Positions 10,872 to 21,174 of a DNA stretch of 64,000 nt are shown here, in pieces (positions within the stretch are counted from its first letter, which is position 1; every line of letters begins with the position of its first letter). Under the pieces are notes generated by a model. It was not told the DNA's origin. It ran no database searches and saw only the letters and a program-made list of their open reading frames with translations. The translations under genes were made by a program, and so were the position numbers. This stretch comes from an uncultured virus (IMG/VR IMGVR_UViG_2643221868_000001) (lineage: Duplodnaviria > Heunggongvirae > Uroviricota > Caudoviricetes), in the IMG/VR virus record IMGVR_UViG_2643221868_000001, positions 1 to 64,000 of that record; one strand, given 5' to 3'.

Positions 10872-11765
10872 TCACCCGAACCAGGGCCGCATCAGCCACG
10901 ACGTCAGCCGCGAGCCCCACGAGGGCTTCACATCGTAGGTCGGCTCCGGCAGCGGCTTCGGAGCCGGCAGCACACCGCTCTTCCGCGGCGCCGGCTGGAC
11001 GAGGGGGCTGGGGGAGGCAGAGGGGATCGGAGCCACGGTGACGGGCGGTGTCGGAATAGACGGAGCGACCGCGTTCGGCTCGTAGCCGGCGGCCACCAGC
11101 GCGGCCTTGAATGCGGTGTAGAGGGTGGCGACAGCCGGGCCGTTGGTGTCCGGGTTCACCATGGCCCGCGCGTTGGTCGGGTTCTCCCGGCCGGGGCCGA
11201 AGTAGTCCGCCAGCTTCTTGCCCGTGTACCAGCCTTCGCTGAGGCCCACGAAGAGCATGGCGGCGGCCACGTCGGGCGTCAGCATCAGCGAGGGGGTCAC
11301 CTCCAAGTCCTGAGATCGCGTGAGGTAGCCGAGGTCCTGCAGGCGCCCTGTTGCCCGGCGGGCGTTGTCGCGTGCGGTGGCCTGAACCAGCCCCATTCCT
11401 CGGAAATCCCACCCGTCGGTCGGCAGCTTGTTGCCGAGGCGCCCGCCGTAGACCTTGTTCGCTAGAGCCTGCGGGTTGCGGACGTAGGGCTCGGCAGAGG
11501 CGAGCGTCGGGAACCGCGAGGGCCAGACCTGCCGAATGCGCGCCGCCGACGTGTAGTTAAGGTTCTCGGAGACCGGCTGCATCTGCTTGCCAGTCTCCCA
11601 CGCTGCGGTAGCGAAACTGTAGGCCAGCAGGGCGATGCCCATGTCAGGCGGCGCCATGTCGAGCATGGCGTCCATTCCAGACACCTGCGACGCGGTCAGT
11701 CCGCCATTGAACGGCGTCCGACGCACAGCGTCAAAGAACGCGGCCCGGTTCAGGCTTGCGGCCAT
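10872..11765 (-). CDS. Endolysin, GH19/chitinase-like
   Basis: AAWETG, ENLNY, ANKVYGGRLGN, DGWDFRGMGLVQ motifs; Pro-rich C-terminal tail. Confidence 0.8.
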   Translation of the reverse strand: MAASLNRAAFFDAVRRTPFNGGLTASQVSGMDAMLDMAPPDMGIALLAYSFATAAWETGKQMQPVSENLNYTSAARIRQVWPSRFPTLASAEPYVRNPQALANKVYGGRLGNKLPTDGWDFRGMGLVQATARDNARRATGRLQDLGYLTRSQDLEVTPSLMLTPDVAAAMLFVGLSEGWYTGKKLADYFGPGRENPTNARAMVNPDTNGPAVATLYTAFKAALVAAGYEPNAVAPSIPTPPVTVAPIPSASPSPLVQPAPRKSGVLPAPKPLPEPTYDVKPSWGSRLTSWLMRPWFG

Positions 11766-11795
11766 GGTTATGGTCTCACAGTTTCGGGGAAAGGA

Positions 11796-11939
11796 TCAGC
11801 GCCGCCGCGCCGGCCGAGAGCAGACGAGGGACGGGATGCCCTCGATGTCGACGGACACGCAGACCGTGCGGGGACGAGTGGCTGCGACCGGCGAGGCCAG
11901 CGCGCAGAGAAGCGCGAACGCGAGAATGGCGCGGCCCAT
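11796..11939 (-). CDS. Small secreted peptide
   Basis: 47 aa with a signal-peptide-like N-terminus. Confidence 0.35.
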   Translation of the reverse strand: MGRAILAFALLCALASPVAATRPRTVCVSVDIEGIPSLVCSRPARRR

Positions 11940-12232
11940 GGTGGTTCTCACGATGGGAGGGGTGGTGACGAAACCGAAACGGGAATTCCCGTAACGGAAC
12001 AAATTCAATGGGTTAGCGTGGTGTCGAACTCATTCAATTTTGGAATGAGTTCGTTCTCACGATGTAGGGGTTGCGCGGCGACCGGCCGGCTCGGGAAGGG
12101 ATTGGCGGGTTTCCGACTCAAAGCACCCGAGCGAGGCTTTGTGTTTTACGCACTCTTGCCGCCGGAGCGCATGCGACTACCATCGCCATCCACAGAGGTG
12201 GCAAGCAACATCTAAGGCAGAGCTAAAGCAAC

Positions 12233-12514
12233 ATGGGTCATAATTCGGGTTGGACGCCGAAGCTTGAGGTCATCATCGACACGGGGAAATTCGGAGACAC
12301 GAAGGCCATCCGAGGCGATGGGGTCGATTTCGTATGCAGGGAGGCGGAGACCTACATGCGGATGATCATCGAAGCCGGGCTACCCTTCTGCCTGGAGGTC
12401 AACGCGCCGCCCGCCGAACACGACCAGATCCACGCGCACCTGAACGGTGTTGCCGCCTCCCTCGGAAAGCAGGGCTACCCTTCGCTTGAGGCGCTGCGCG
12501 CGGCAGGTGGATAG
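12233..12514 (+). CDS. Hypothetical protein (antisense moron)
   Basis: ATG start; fills the gap between tail and lysis genes in the opposite orientation. Confidence 0.55.
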   Translation: MGHNSGWTPKLEVIIDTGKFGDTKAIRGDGVDFVCREAETYMRMIIEAGLPFCLEVNAPPAEHDQIHAHLNGVAASLGKQGYPSLEALRAAGG

Positions 12515-12518
12515 CCCC

Positions 12519-13310
12519 TCAGATCGTCGCGATGCGTTCGACGAACGTGGTCATGATCTGGAACAAGGCTGCGTTGTCCGCCGAGCTGAGCGCGGTGTGT
12601 GTCACGAACATTGAGATGCCGTGCGTGCCGTAGGCGTTGCCTTGACGGAACAGGGCGAAGTTGTTCGTCGCAATCGCAGATGATGCGCTCGGCGCGGCGG
12701 TGACGCTTAGTCCATCGTGATAGCGACTGTAGGCGTCCGCAGAGGCGCGCGTGATGGTCAGATGGCCCTGGTTCGACGGGAGAGCGATGCCATCCTGTGC
12801 CGCCGTTTGGTTGAGGCGGGACGTCAGGGCGTTGCCGCTGGAAACGCTGGCGTGGAAGAGGTTTCCGCTGGAGCTCGTGGTGCCGAACAGAGGGCCGGTG
12901 CCGGGTCCGAATTTACACGACGCGCCGGCGTTGTTGACCGTCAGGCCGAGCGAGTTCGCGCTGAACCCCATGTCGAGGAAGCCCGTAGAGCCGTCGGGCA
13001 CGAGATTGCCGCGAGCGTTGTAGGCGATTTCGCCCGTGATGATGGGCGCGGCGCGCGAAGGCAGCTTCCAGTCGAGGAAGGCCGCTTGCTGCGTCGGTAG
13101 GCCAAAGGCGTGAACGGACCGAAACTTCGGCCACAGCAGGGCATCCTTGGAATCGGCGATCGTCTTGTTGATGAGCGACCGGATAGCCGAGGACGGCTGT
13201 ACGGTCATCGCCGCCAGCAAATCCTTTGTCTCGGCCGCAAGCGGAATGTAGAGCTTCGGGATCGCCAGATTGGTGATCGAGAGATCCTTGGATCGGACGA
13301 TGGTCGCCAT
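12519..13310 (-). CDS. Tail fibre/spike-associated protein (beta-sandwich or lectin-like)
   Basis: Follows the spike gene; DGSTGFLDMGF segment and Ser/Thr/Asn-rich beta composition. Confidence 0.55.
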   Translation of the reverse strand: MATIVRSKDLSITNLAIPKLYIPLAAETKDLLAAMTVQPSSAIRSLINKTIADSKDALLWPKFRSVHAFGLPTQQAAFLDWKLPSRAAPIITGEIAYNARGNLVPDGSTGFLDMGFSANSLGLTVNNAGASCKFGPGTGPLFGTTSSSGNLFHASVSSGNALTSRLNQTAAQDGIALPSNQGHLTITRASADAYSRYHDGLSVTAAPSASSAIATNNFALFRQGNAYGTHGISMFVTHTALSSADNAALFQIMTTFVERIATI

Positions 13311-13313
13311 GGC

Positions 13314-15773
13314 TCAGACCTTGTTCGTGAGGGCGAAGAGGAGGCAGTAATTGTCGAGCCGGCGGGTCACGCCCGAATTGTCGACGTAGGTATTGTTCGA
13401 GCCAGTGGGGCTGTCGCCCTCGCTGTCGCGCAGGTTGCCGCGCGCGCCCTTGGAGCGCCCACCATCGGCGGAGACGTTGCGGCCCCACGCGTAGGAGCAC
13501 AGCCACGTCGCAGGCAGATCAGCGTTGAGCTTGATCTCGATCGTGTCCTTGCCGACGATCGCGACGGACTGGATGATGTTGGCCAGGACCGGCGAGGCCC
13601 CGCCTGCATCCCAGATGTCGAAACCGTTGTTGAAGGTCGGCAGCACCCAACTCGTGTCGAACACCAGCGGTCCGTAGGGCACGGACATCTTGATCCGGAT
13701 CGACCGCTTTTGAGCGATGTAGGACAGCGGCCGGACGGCGACTTCCGGGAACGGGGTACCGTCAGCCAGCGCTTTCTCGATCTTAGCCGCCGCCCGCCCT
13801 CGGTTGCGGCCGATCATGCGATAATCCTCGGAGCCGCGGTGGATGCCGTCACCGCCGTCGAGGTCGCCCGTGCAATACAGCGACATGTGCACGATGGTGT
13901 TCGGATCGGCGGCTGCCGCATCCATCATCGCCATGTCGATCTCAGGCGTGGCAGGAGCGTCAGGATAGGCGCGCTGGGTCGGCGCATCCGACGACATGCG
14001 GAGATAGTAGGCCGCCTGACATCCCGCCTGACTGACCAGCATCGGGATGATGCCGCTTTGGCCCGTCTGCGCCTTCGTGTCCGCCTCCAAATCCTTCCGG
14101 AACTGGACGAGGCCGTTGGCATAGGAAAGGCGGGACGTGCCGAAGGCGTAGTCAGCCTGACCGTGGATGAACTCGATGACCGACATGCCGAAGGTTCGGC
14201 CCGACGCTACCGCGATCGGCATCGCGCTTGATGCGATGGTCAGCATGTTGGTGTAGTAGCCGGACCCCTTTGCGAGCCGGGCAAGCGTCGCGCCGCCACG
14301 ACCGCCAGAGGCCACGAAATAGTTCGAGCCGAGGGTGGTAGGGGTGAGCCCGGTCAGCGCCGCGAGGTAGGTCGACGAGTGATGGGCGCTGGCCACCGCG
14401 CCGGTCTCACCGAGAGCGCTGTCCTGCGTCTCCACCGCATTGGTGAATGACGTCATGTCCGGGTTAGCGAGCAGTCGGATGCCGCCCGTGAACATCAGCG
14501 TGTCATAGAGGGGGGTGGTCGAGAGCAGCGGCAGTCCGGCGGTGCCAGTGGCGAGCGACTGGCCGTAAAGTAGCCGATATTTCAGGCTGGGAGCGACCTG
14601 GGGACCGCGTGCGGCGATAGTTGTGCCACCTCCTCCGCCTCCAGAGGAAAAGCCGCGAACGCCGCCAGGGTAGGACACCGATCCATCAAGGTAGACGATC
14701 CGGATCGGGCGGAAGTTCTTGTCCACCTCGGCATAGGCGATCGAGGTATCTTCGAGGTCGACGAGTTCCTGAGAGGTCCGGCCAGTGACGACCGAGCCAT
14801 CTTCCGTGATGTAGTGAGCGCCGCGCCCCTCGCTGCCGACAGCGGCGTAGACAACCCGCTTGTTCTCCTCATCGTAGACGTCGGAATCGGTGATGAACGT
14901 GGCGGGCAGATCGGCGGTGCGCAGGTCGAGAGCAGTGACGGCCGGGTCTTGCGTCTTGCGATCGCAGGAGGTGAGCTCGACCGCGCCGGTGCCGCGCTCA
15001 CCGAATAGCGGGCTGATGAACCGGGTGTTGGCGGGCAGATCGACCGAGCCGACGCCGGGCGTCAGGCAGGCGCGATAGGTGACTGTCCGAAGGCCGTCAG
15101 CGGCGAGAAGCGTCGTCGCCGGGAGGGCGGCCGTTCCATTGTCCGTACCGTCGGGCTTGTAGCTACGAAGCTCCAGGACCGGGACGTTGTTCGCGGCGGC
15201 GTTGGTGCCGGTGTTGTCGACGCGCCGGGCGATGCGGAACGTGAACTCGACGATCTCGCCATCGTCCAGGTGCGTCTTGGCGATGGAGGTGGCGTAGGCG
15301 TTGCCGGTGATGCGCAGCGCCGGCCCTTTGCCGGGGCCATCGGTGGTGATGCTGTAGGCCCCGCCGACGGTAAGCGGAGTGGCCGCCTGAGCCGTGGCGT
15401 TGGCGGCAGCGGTCCACGTTCGGATCGCCTCGCCAGGGCGCCCCCAGTACCGCGTCGAACGGACTGTCGTGCCATCTGCCGCGAGGTCCGTGCCGGGCGA
15501 GATGCCGGCAAGACCCTCCAGAGTGGTGACGCGGCTGGTCAACCCCGGGATCTGGCTGGTTAGGCCCTCGGCAGTCGTCAGGCGGTTCTCAATGTTGGTG
15601 AACCGGACGCCGACAGCACTAGTGCTGCTAAGAAGCTGCGTCTGAAACTGCGCAACCGTCATCCTGCGCGTGGCGAGCGGGCCAAAACCTTGGACCTGAG
15701 CATTGCCAATTAGCTCGACGAGGATGTCCCCTTCGGCCATCGGCAAGTTGGTCGTGCGAAACCCATCGGACAT
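13314..15773 (-). CDS. Tail spike / receptor-binding protein with an SGNH (sialate O-acetylesterase-like) domain
   Basis: YGQSLATG, GRGGATL, FIHGQAD and DGIH blocks; N-terminal coiled-coil anchor. Confidence 0.7.
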   Translation of the reverse strand: MSDGFRTTNLPMAEGDILVELIGNAQVQGFGPLATRRMTVAQFQTQLLSSTSAVGVRFTNIENRLTTAEGLTSQIPGLTSRVTTLEGLAGISPGTDLAADGTTVRSTRYWGRPGEAIRTWTAAANATAQAATPLTVGGAYSITTDGPGKGPALRITGNAYATSIAKTHLDDGEIVEFTFRIARRVDNTGTNAAANNVPVLELRSYKPDGTDNGTAALPATTLLAADGLRTVTYRACLTPGVGSVDLPANTRFISPLFGERGTGAVELTSCDRKTQDPAVTALDLRTADLPATFITDSDVYDEENKRVVYAAVGSEGRGAHYITEDGSVVTGRTSQELVDLEDTSIAYAEVDKNFRPIRIVYLDGSVSYPGGVRGFSSGGGGGGTTIAARGPQVAPSLKYRLLYGQSLATGTAGLPLLSTTPLYDTLMFTGGIRLLANPDMTSFTNAVETQDSALGETGAVASAHHSSTYLAALTGLTPTTLGSNYFVASGGRGGATLARLAKGSGYYTNMLTIASSAMPIAVASGRTFGMSVIEFIHGQADYAFGTSRLSYANGLVQFRKDLEADTKAQTGQSGIIPMLVSQAGCQAAYYLRMSSDAPTQRAYPDAPATPEIDMAMMDAAAADPNTIVHMSLYCTGDLDGGDGIHRGSEDYRMIGRNRGRAAAKIEKALADGTPFPEVAVRPLSYIAQKRSIRIKMSVPYGPLVFDTSWVLPTFNNGFDIWDAGGASPVLANIIQSVAIVGKDTIEIKLNADLPATWLCSYAWGRNVSADGGRSKGARGNLRDSEGDSPTGSNNTYVDNSGVTRRLDNYCLLFALTNKV

Positions 15774-15851
15774 GCAGGCATCTCCCCGCGCGCCAGCGCC
15801 CGCGTGTCAGCGGGGCAGCGTCAGGCTCGGTGAATGGAAAGGCGTGTGGGG

Positions 15852-18800
15852 TTAGGTGATGGGCGCGAGCGAGCAGGCCCAGGCGAGCAGGCCCTTGGTG
15901 GTGTCGCCAGCGTAGGAGATGGTCGCGCCGCCAGTGCCGAGGTTCAGACGATCCTCGATCGCCATGGCTCCGGACGTCCCGGCGGAGGCCGAGGTGTTCG
16001 CCGTGATAATGAGCAGCCAGAAGTCTGCGGACACCTTCTGAATGGTTGCCGTGACGCTGCTGAAGGTCGTTCCGCTGACCGCGCCGACCGTGATGGTGCC
16101 GGCCACGAGGTCGAAGGCCACACGCGCATAGTCACCGTTGCCCGTGCCGCCGCTGTTGATAAGGTCGATACGGCCTGCTGAGCGGCCAGCGGCCTTCAGG
16201 CCCCAGACAGCGCGGAGCTTGGAGCCGGAGGCGAGGCCCGTGGCCTTGTAGGCGACCGTGTGCGTGCCGGTGGTCGCCGTCTCCGAGATCATCGTGGCGG
16301 CGGCGCCATCCGGCCCGGTGCCGTTGAGCGCCGCCGTGGCGGCCGTCTTCGTCCAGACCGCGTTCGTCAGGTCGTTCGGGAACTGCGTGACGTTGCCCGG
16401 CTGAGTGACGTAGAGGAGCGACTGCGAGGCGCTCGGCACGCTCGACACACCAGACCCGTTCTGCGCCGTGAGCCACCAGGTGATGTAGCCGAGCGAGATC
16501 GTGTCGGTGAGTGTGTCGGTCTGGTTCGCGTCGACGGCCTTGCTGGCGCTGAGTGCGGCACTGGCGAAGGTGGAACCGAAGCCCTGCGCGCGGAAAAGCT
16601 GGACGCTGCGAGCGTTGCCACCGGCCTGCTTGACCACATGGGTGACCGTTGTCCCGCTGAGCGTTGCCGAGGTGTAGGTCGGCACCGAGGGGGCAACGCT
16701 GTCGGCCGTCGCCTTGATCGGCGAGCCGCCGGCCGGGATGTACGAACTGATATCCGACCCCGCATCCGTCGAAAGCGCGCCCTCGACAGTGTAGGTCTCT
16801 CCGTCCGTCAGAGGCCCGGCCAGGATGGAGGTGCGGCTGGACGAGTTGAGCGGGATCGCCGTCCAAGCCGTTGCGCCTGTCGCGCGGTAGCGGCCGATAA
16901 GAGATAGGTCGTCCCGCACTGGCGTATTGCAGGTGAGGCGGAGGAAGGCTGCGGTCGTTGAGCCGTTGATCGCAGAGCGCTCGATCGCGGCGACGAGATT
17001 AACCGGCGTCGTCGCATCCGACGCAGCAACAGTGTGGAAGACGCTGGCGGTCCATTCGCCGGGCGTACCGCGGGCCGATACCGCCCTGGCCTGGATCTCG
17101 AGCGCATCACCCTTGGTGTAGCCGGCGATGACGACGGCCCCTGCTCCGGAGGGCCGGCTCGTCGTGGTCCACGTCGTGACGCCAGCCTTGCGGGTCTGAA
17201 CATCGAACGAGGCGAGCGGGACGTAGCTGAGTGGGCTCGCCTCCAGGGAGACAATGACCGGATAGGGATTTGCGGTCGTGACGGAGTCGAGCGCTAGCTT
17301 GCCCGATGCGATGCCTGTCACCATCGGTGCCAGCGGAACATCTGGGACACTCTGTGCCGGCCCGCCGGCGCGGCCGCTCCAGGCCGGCGGCACATCGTTC
17401 GCCACCAGCGTCTCAATCTGAGGCGCGTGGTCGACGAGCGAAAGGCGGGCGGTGAAGTTCTCCATCGCCTCGACGCCCTTGACCGTGCAAGCGAGGGTTT
17501 CGCGTGTGGCTTCGCCGAACATGGCAAGGTCGTCACGGGCTGGCGTGTCGCCTGTACCCGTCAAGGTGATGGTGCTGGTCGTGCCGGCGATGGTCTGGAC
17601 CGGCTGGATGAGAGAGGCGCCGTCAGCGCGCCGGAACCGGCAGGCGTAGCTCTTGCCGGCCTCCATGGTCACAGGCTCGTCGAGCATGACCACCTTGCCG
17701 ACGACGGTGCGGACGCGGGCCGCGACCTGATTGCGGTCCAGCACGTCATGGCCGAGTTCGACCCGATCGCCGCGGGTGACGACCAGGCTCTCGAAGTCCT
17801 GGTTGACCGTGTAGCTGTGGGGCCGATGGATCAGTTCGTACTGGCGCTTGCGGGTCTCCTTCCAGACCTGGTCCGGGCTGGTGATGCCGGGCAAGTCCAG
17901 CTTCTCAAACACCTTCGGATCGCCGGAGAAGCCGGGCCACGGCACGATGCGCTCGGCCTGCGCGTATGAGTTCGTCTCGTCGAGGAAAGTGACGCGGAAG
18001 GCGTCTGGGAACTGCGAGTAGGAGGTCTCCCCCTGGAAGCCCCAGGAATTGCGCGGGGTGATGTGGGCCGTAATGGTTGTCAGCGCGCGGTCGACGACGA
18101 CGCCCCAACTCGTTCCGCTATCATGTGGACTGGCCCGGCCGGCGCCAGCGATGTCGGAGAGCACGTCGAGGACGGATGCCTCGTAGTCGTGGACGCGGTT
18201 GTAGAAGAGGCTGTTGGCGACACAGAACGCGTGCCACTCCTTCAGAGCGTCGATCTCGTCTGCCGTCAGCGGATAGGTGATGCCAGGCCCGTTCAGGACA
18301 TAGCGGAACAGCGAGGCCGGATTGCGGGTCTCCCGCGTGATGTAGGCGTTCGTCGCAGCGTCCCAATCCGGGCAAAGCGTCTGGGCATCGGCGTTGAACT
18401 CGTCGAGCGTGCCGTTCAGCTGGCCCGTGGCGCGGATGCGGACAGCCACGACAGCGAGCGGCTTGCCGAAGTTGATCGGGTATTCGGGCCGGAAGGAGCG
18501 GAGCGCCGACCACACCGAGCGGCCGGTCCGCTGGATCTCCTTCTTCGACAAATCCTGGTCCGGACGGTCGAAGTCGGCGCTGGTGCGAGCGAGTTCGATC
18601 TCGTAGCGCCCGCGCTCGGGGAAGGGGATCGCAAACGTCCGGGTGAAAGGCTTGCCCGACAGCTTGGCGAACACCGACAGCGGCAGCGTGCCGAGCCAGG
18701 GCTCCGTGCCGGCCTTGCGGTAGCGGGCGATGAACGTCGCCTCGACGGCAACCTTCCTGCCGTCCTTGTCGACGCCGCCAAGCCCGCCGGGGAACGTGAG

Positions 18801-19649
18801 ATCGATGGAGGCGTTCGCCGCATCGGCCGCCGTGAACCGCGATTGTGGGCCAGCGGAAATGCCGGCGGACGTTAGCTCGACCTGCAGCGCCTTCTCGATG
18901 ACCTGGTTCGGGTAGAGCGTGACGGGCGCATCGGAGGCGTAGCCCTCACGGACCTCGTACTGGACGTCTTTGTACTTCTCGATCGGAGTGTCGCCGATCC
19001 GGAGGTTCGTGAGGCGCAGCGGGCCGTAGCCGAAGGTGAAGAGCGCGCGGATGTATCGCTCGTCGCCCACCGTCTCGGTGTAGGGCAGGCCAGCATAGAC
19101 CGGGGCGTAGCGCACCTTGCCGAGGACGAAAGGGATCACGCCGTCAGGGGTCGCCTGATTGCGGATGCCCTGAATGGCGTAGGTCGGGGCGTCCTTCTTG
19201 TCGGTACGCGAGGGGATCAGCGCGTTGATGAGGAGCGTGCCGGCGACGAGGACGGTAGCGGTGATGGCGGCGGAGGCTGCGGCAGTTGTTGCGGCGGTCG
19301 CACCAATGCTCAGCACTTCCAAAAGGCCGAGGGCGTAGTATTGCCCCGCCGCTACCGCCGCCACGGTCAAGGCGATGGTGAGCACGCTCTTCAGAACGTC
19401 GCCTTGCGGGACAACGCGGATGAGGACGTGCATCCCTGGCTTCGGCTTCACCGAACGCCAGAAGGGAGCATCGATCGGGTTGCCGTTGATCGTGACGCGA
19501 AGGCTGTCGATACCGAACGCACCCGCCTCTGGAAGAGCGCGCGACACGAGATCGGCCAGGGTCTGCCCCGCCCCCATTGCAAACTCGACGCGCCCTCTGG
19601 AGGGGTCGAGCAAATGGGGAAGCGCGAGAACGCTGACAGGGCCGCCCAT
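15852..19649 (-). CDS. Tail tip / host-specificity protein (gpI- and gpJ-like fusion)
   Basis: N-terminal ubiquitin-like domain (LRVTINGNPIDAPFWRSVKPKPG), IPFVLGKVRYAP, TRNPASLFRYVL, FN3-like repeats. Confidence 0.85.
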   Translation of the reverse strand: MGGPVSVLALPHLLDPSRGRVEFAMGAGQTLADLVSRALPEAGAFGIDSLRVTINGNPIDAPFWRSVKPKPGMHVLIRVVPQGDVLKSVLTIALTVAAVAAGQYYALGLLEVLSIGATAATTAAASAAITATVLVAGTLLINALIPSRTDKKDAPTYAIQGIRNQATPDGVIPFVLGKVRYAPVYAGLPYTETVGDERYIRALFTFGYGPLRLTNLRIGDTPIEKYKDVQYEVREGYASDAPVTLYPNQVIEKALQVELTSAGISAGPQSRFTAADAANASIDLTFPGGLGGVDKDGRKVAVEATFIARYRKAGTEPWLGTLPLSVFAKLSGKPFTRTFAIPFPERGRYEIELARTSADFDRPDQDLSKKEIQRTGRSVWSALRSFRPEYPINFGKPLAVVAVRIRATGQLNGTLDEFNADAQTLCPDWDAATNAYITRETRNPASLFRYVLNGPGITYPLTADEIDALKEWHAFCVANSLFYNRVHDYEASVLDVLSDIAGAGRASPHDSGTSWGVVVDRALTTITAHITPRNSWGFQGETSYSQFPDAFRVTFLDETNSYAQAERIVPWPGFSGDPKVFEKLDLPGITSPDQVWKETRKRQYELIHRPHSYTVNQDFESLVVTRGDRVELGHDVLDRNQVAARVRTVVGKVVMLDEPVTMEAGKSYACRFRRADGASLIQPVQTIAGTTSTITLTGTGDTPARDDLAMFGEATRETLACTVKGVEAMENFTARLSLVDHAPQIETLVANDVPPAWSGRAGGPAQSVPDVPLAPMVTGIASGKLALDSVTTANPYPVIVSLEASPLSYVPLASFDVQTRKAGVTTWTTTSRPSGAGAVVIAGYTKGDALEIQARAVSARGTPGEWTASVFHTVAASDATTPVNLVAAIERSAINGSTTAAFLRLTCNTPVRDDLSLIGRYRATGATAWTAIPLNSSSRTSILAGPLTDGETYTVEGALSTDAGSDISSYIPAGGSPIKATADSVAPSVPTYTSATLSGTTVTHVVKQAGGNARSVQLFRAQGFGSTFASAALSASKAVDANQTDTLTDTISLGYITWWLTAQNGSGVSSVPSASQSLLYVTQPGNVTQFPNDLTNAVWTKTAATAALNGTGPDGAAATMISETATTGTHTVAYKATGLASGSKLRAVWGLKAAGRSAGRIDLINSGGTGNGDYARVAFDLVAGTITVGAVSGTTFSSVTATIQKVSADFWLLIITANTSASAGTSGAMAIEDRLNLGTGGATISYAGDTTKGLLAWACSLAPIT

Positions 19650-20101
19650 CAAGCGGCTTCCATGGTCATGTCGAGGATGCGCGCTTTGTGCCGGTATGCC
19701 CCGACCAGACGCGGCGCCCAACGGCCCGTCGTGTGGTCGACGAGACAGCTGTCCTGATCCCGGTCGATGTGGAGCATGCGACCGCCGCCGATGGCGATGC
19801 CAACGTGATGGGCCAGGCCGGCACGCTGGAACACGAGGATGTCGAACTCCTGGACGACATCAAGCGGCAGGCCGCCAAGGGCGACCTCGACCCAAGGGCC
19901 GGCAGACGACGTGCCCTCGGCGAAGATAGCGGCGACCTCGGCGCGCTCATCGATCGACGGCACCTCGGCCGCATAGTCCGGCACGGAGATGCCGAGGCAC
20001 TCGGCATAGACGAGGCGCGCCAAGCCCCAGCACGCGATACCGTCGCGCGTGAGTCCGCCAACCTGCCAGGGCAGGCCGATGTACGGCGTAGACCAATGCA
20101 T
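19649..20101 (-). CDS. NlpC/P60 tail assembly protein (gpK-like)
   Basis: YIGLPW..GG....GIACWGL and HVGIAIGGGRMLH motifs. Confidence 0.85.
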   Translation of the reverse strand: MHWSTPYIGLPWQVGGLTRDGIACWGLARLVYAECLGISVPDYAAEVPSIDERAEVAAIFAEGTSSAGPWVEVALGGLPLDVVQEFDILVFQRAGLAHHVGIAIGGGRMLHIDRDQDSCLVDHTTGRWAPRLVGAYRHKARILDMTMEAA

Positions 20102-20245
20102 GAGGAGCCTATCGGCTGAAGAGGTTGATGACGAGCGCGGCGCCCGCGCTGGCGCAGACGGCAACTGCGACCTGAACGCCGTCCCATCCGAGAGCGGCGC
20201 CGGTGATGGCAGCCGTCGCGCTCGAAAGGGCAACCTGCGTCCGCG

Positions 20246-20758
20246 TCACTGGAACAGGCTCGGGAAGCGGCTGGACGTCATCCGGCCGTCGGGCCAAGGT
20301 TCGGACGTGAATGGCTCGCGAGAGATGTCGAGGGAGACCTGAGCGGCGTCGTAGCTGCCCCGAACGCCACGTAAATTGGTATGACTGCGCTCGACCACCT
20401 CGGGCGAGCCAGCGAGCACTATGTCAAGATCAACACTTGCGTAGGTTCCGGGCGTGATGCCGCGGAGGACCTTGGCCATGTCCTTGTCGATGTTCTCAAA
20501 CGTCAGTGTTGTCTTCGGCGGGCTGTCTTTCTGGTCGTCCGGCAGGACCGCGCCAACGAGAACGTAGAGGTAGTCGTTACCAGCGTGTTTGGTGCCGTAG
20601 ACGAGAGGCTCAATGGAGAGGCGCACAGTTGGGTCGCTGGACAGGTAGGCCGGCGCCGTCAGGCTTGGGTGGCGGATTGTCACCAAAAGGACGGGCACTT
20701 GGTCGGTGTTGGGCGCATTCACCGCCGCGCGTGCGTTCAGAGAGACGACGCGGGGCAT
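20246..20758 (-). CDS. Minor tail protein (DUF1833-like)
   Basis: LLVTIRHPSL, LPDDQ..SPP, FENID and FPSLF motifs; position between the Dit-like and NlpC genes. Confidence 0.75.
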   Translation of the reverse strand: MPRVVSLNARAAVNAPNTDQVPVLLVTIRHPSLTAPAYLSSDPTVRLSIEPLVYGTKHAGNDYLYVLVGAVLPDDQKDSPPKTTLTFENIDKDMAKVLRGITPGTYASVDLDIVLAGSPEVVERSHTNLRGVRGSYDAAQVSLDISREPFTSEPWPDGRMTSSRFPSLFQ

Positions 20759-21174
20759 CAGAGAACCGCGAGGTTGAAGCTGAGACTGTACTGTGCCGCG
20801 CCGAGGTTGTTCGCTGCCGGCCGCGCATCACCAAACATGCAAAGCCACCAATCCGTGTTCTTCAGCGGCGCGCCGTCAGCCGTGTAGATGGGCGAGCCGT
20901 CGTCGGTGGTCAGTTGGACGTCGCCGCGCGTCTGGTCGAGGAACCAGAAGGGCAGCGCCTTATTGGCAGCCCAGAACGTATCGAAGGCGTTCCACTGCTC
21001 GACGTTGATGCGCAGAGCGAGCGAGATCGGCTTCGGGTCGATGCTGGTCCCAATGCGGTTTTTGGGCGGGCCGCGCTCCATCTGCGTCCGGAGGCGGCCG
21101 TCGCGAGAGCCTTCATTGAAGTTCTCACGGCTTGCCTTATCAGGGAGGCTGTCTGGCCATACAGGAACCGCCAT
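20758..21174 (-). CDS. Distal tail-like (gpM-like) protein
   Basis: MAVPVWPDSLP..RTQMERGPPKNR; first late gene after the tape measure. Confidence 0.7.
   Translation of the reverse strand: MAVPVWPDSLPDKASRENFNEGSRDGRLRTQMERGPPKNRIGTSIDPKPISLALRINVEQWNAFDTFWAANKALPFWFLDQTRGDVQLTTDDGSPIYTADGAPLKNTDWWLCMFGDARPAANNLGAAQYSLSFNLAVL

Larger units (their letters stand above)
10760..12030. repeat. Imperfect ~87-bp direct repeat (10760-10847 and 11946-12030) flanking the endolysin
   Basis: Shared TCTCACGATG..GGGAGGGG..GTGGTGACGAAA..GGGAAT.CCC.TAACG.AACAAA.TCA.TGGGTTAG.GTGGTGTCGAACT. Confidence 0.8.
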
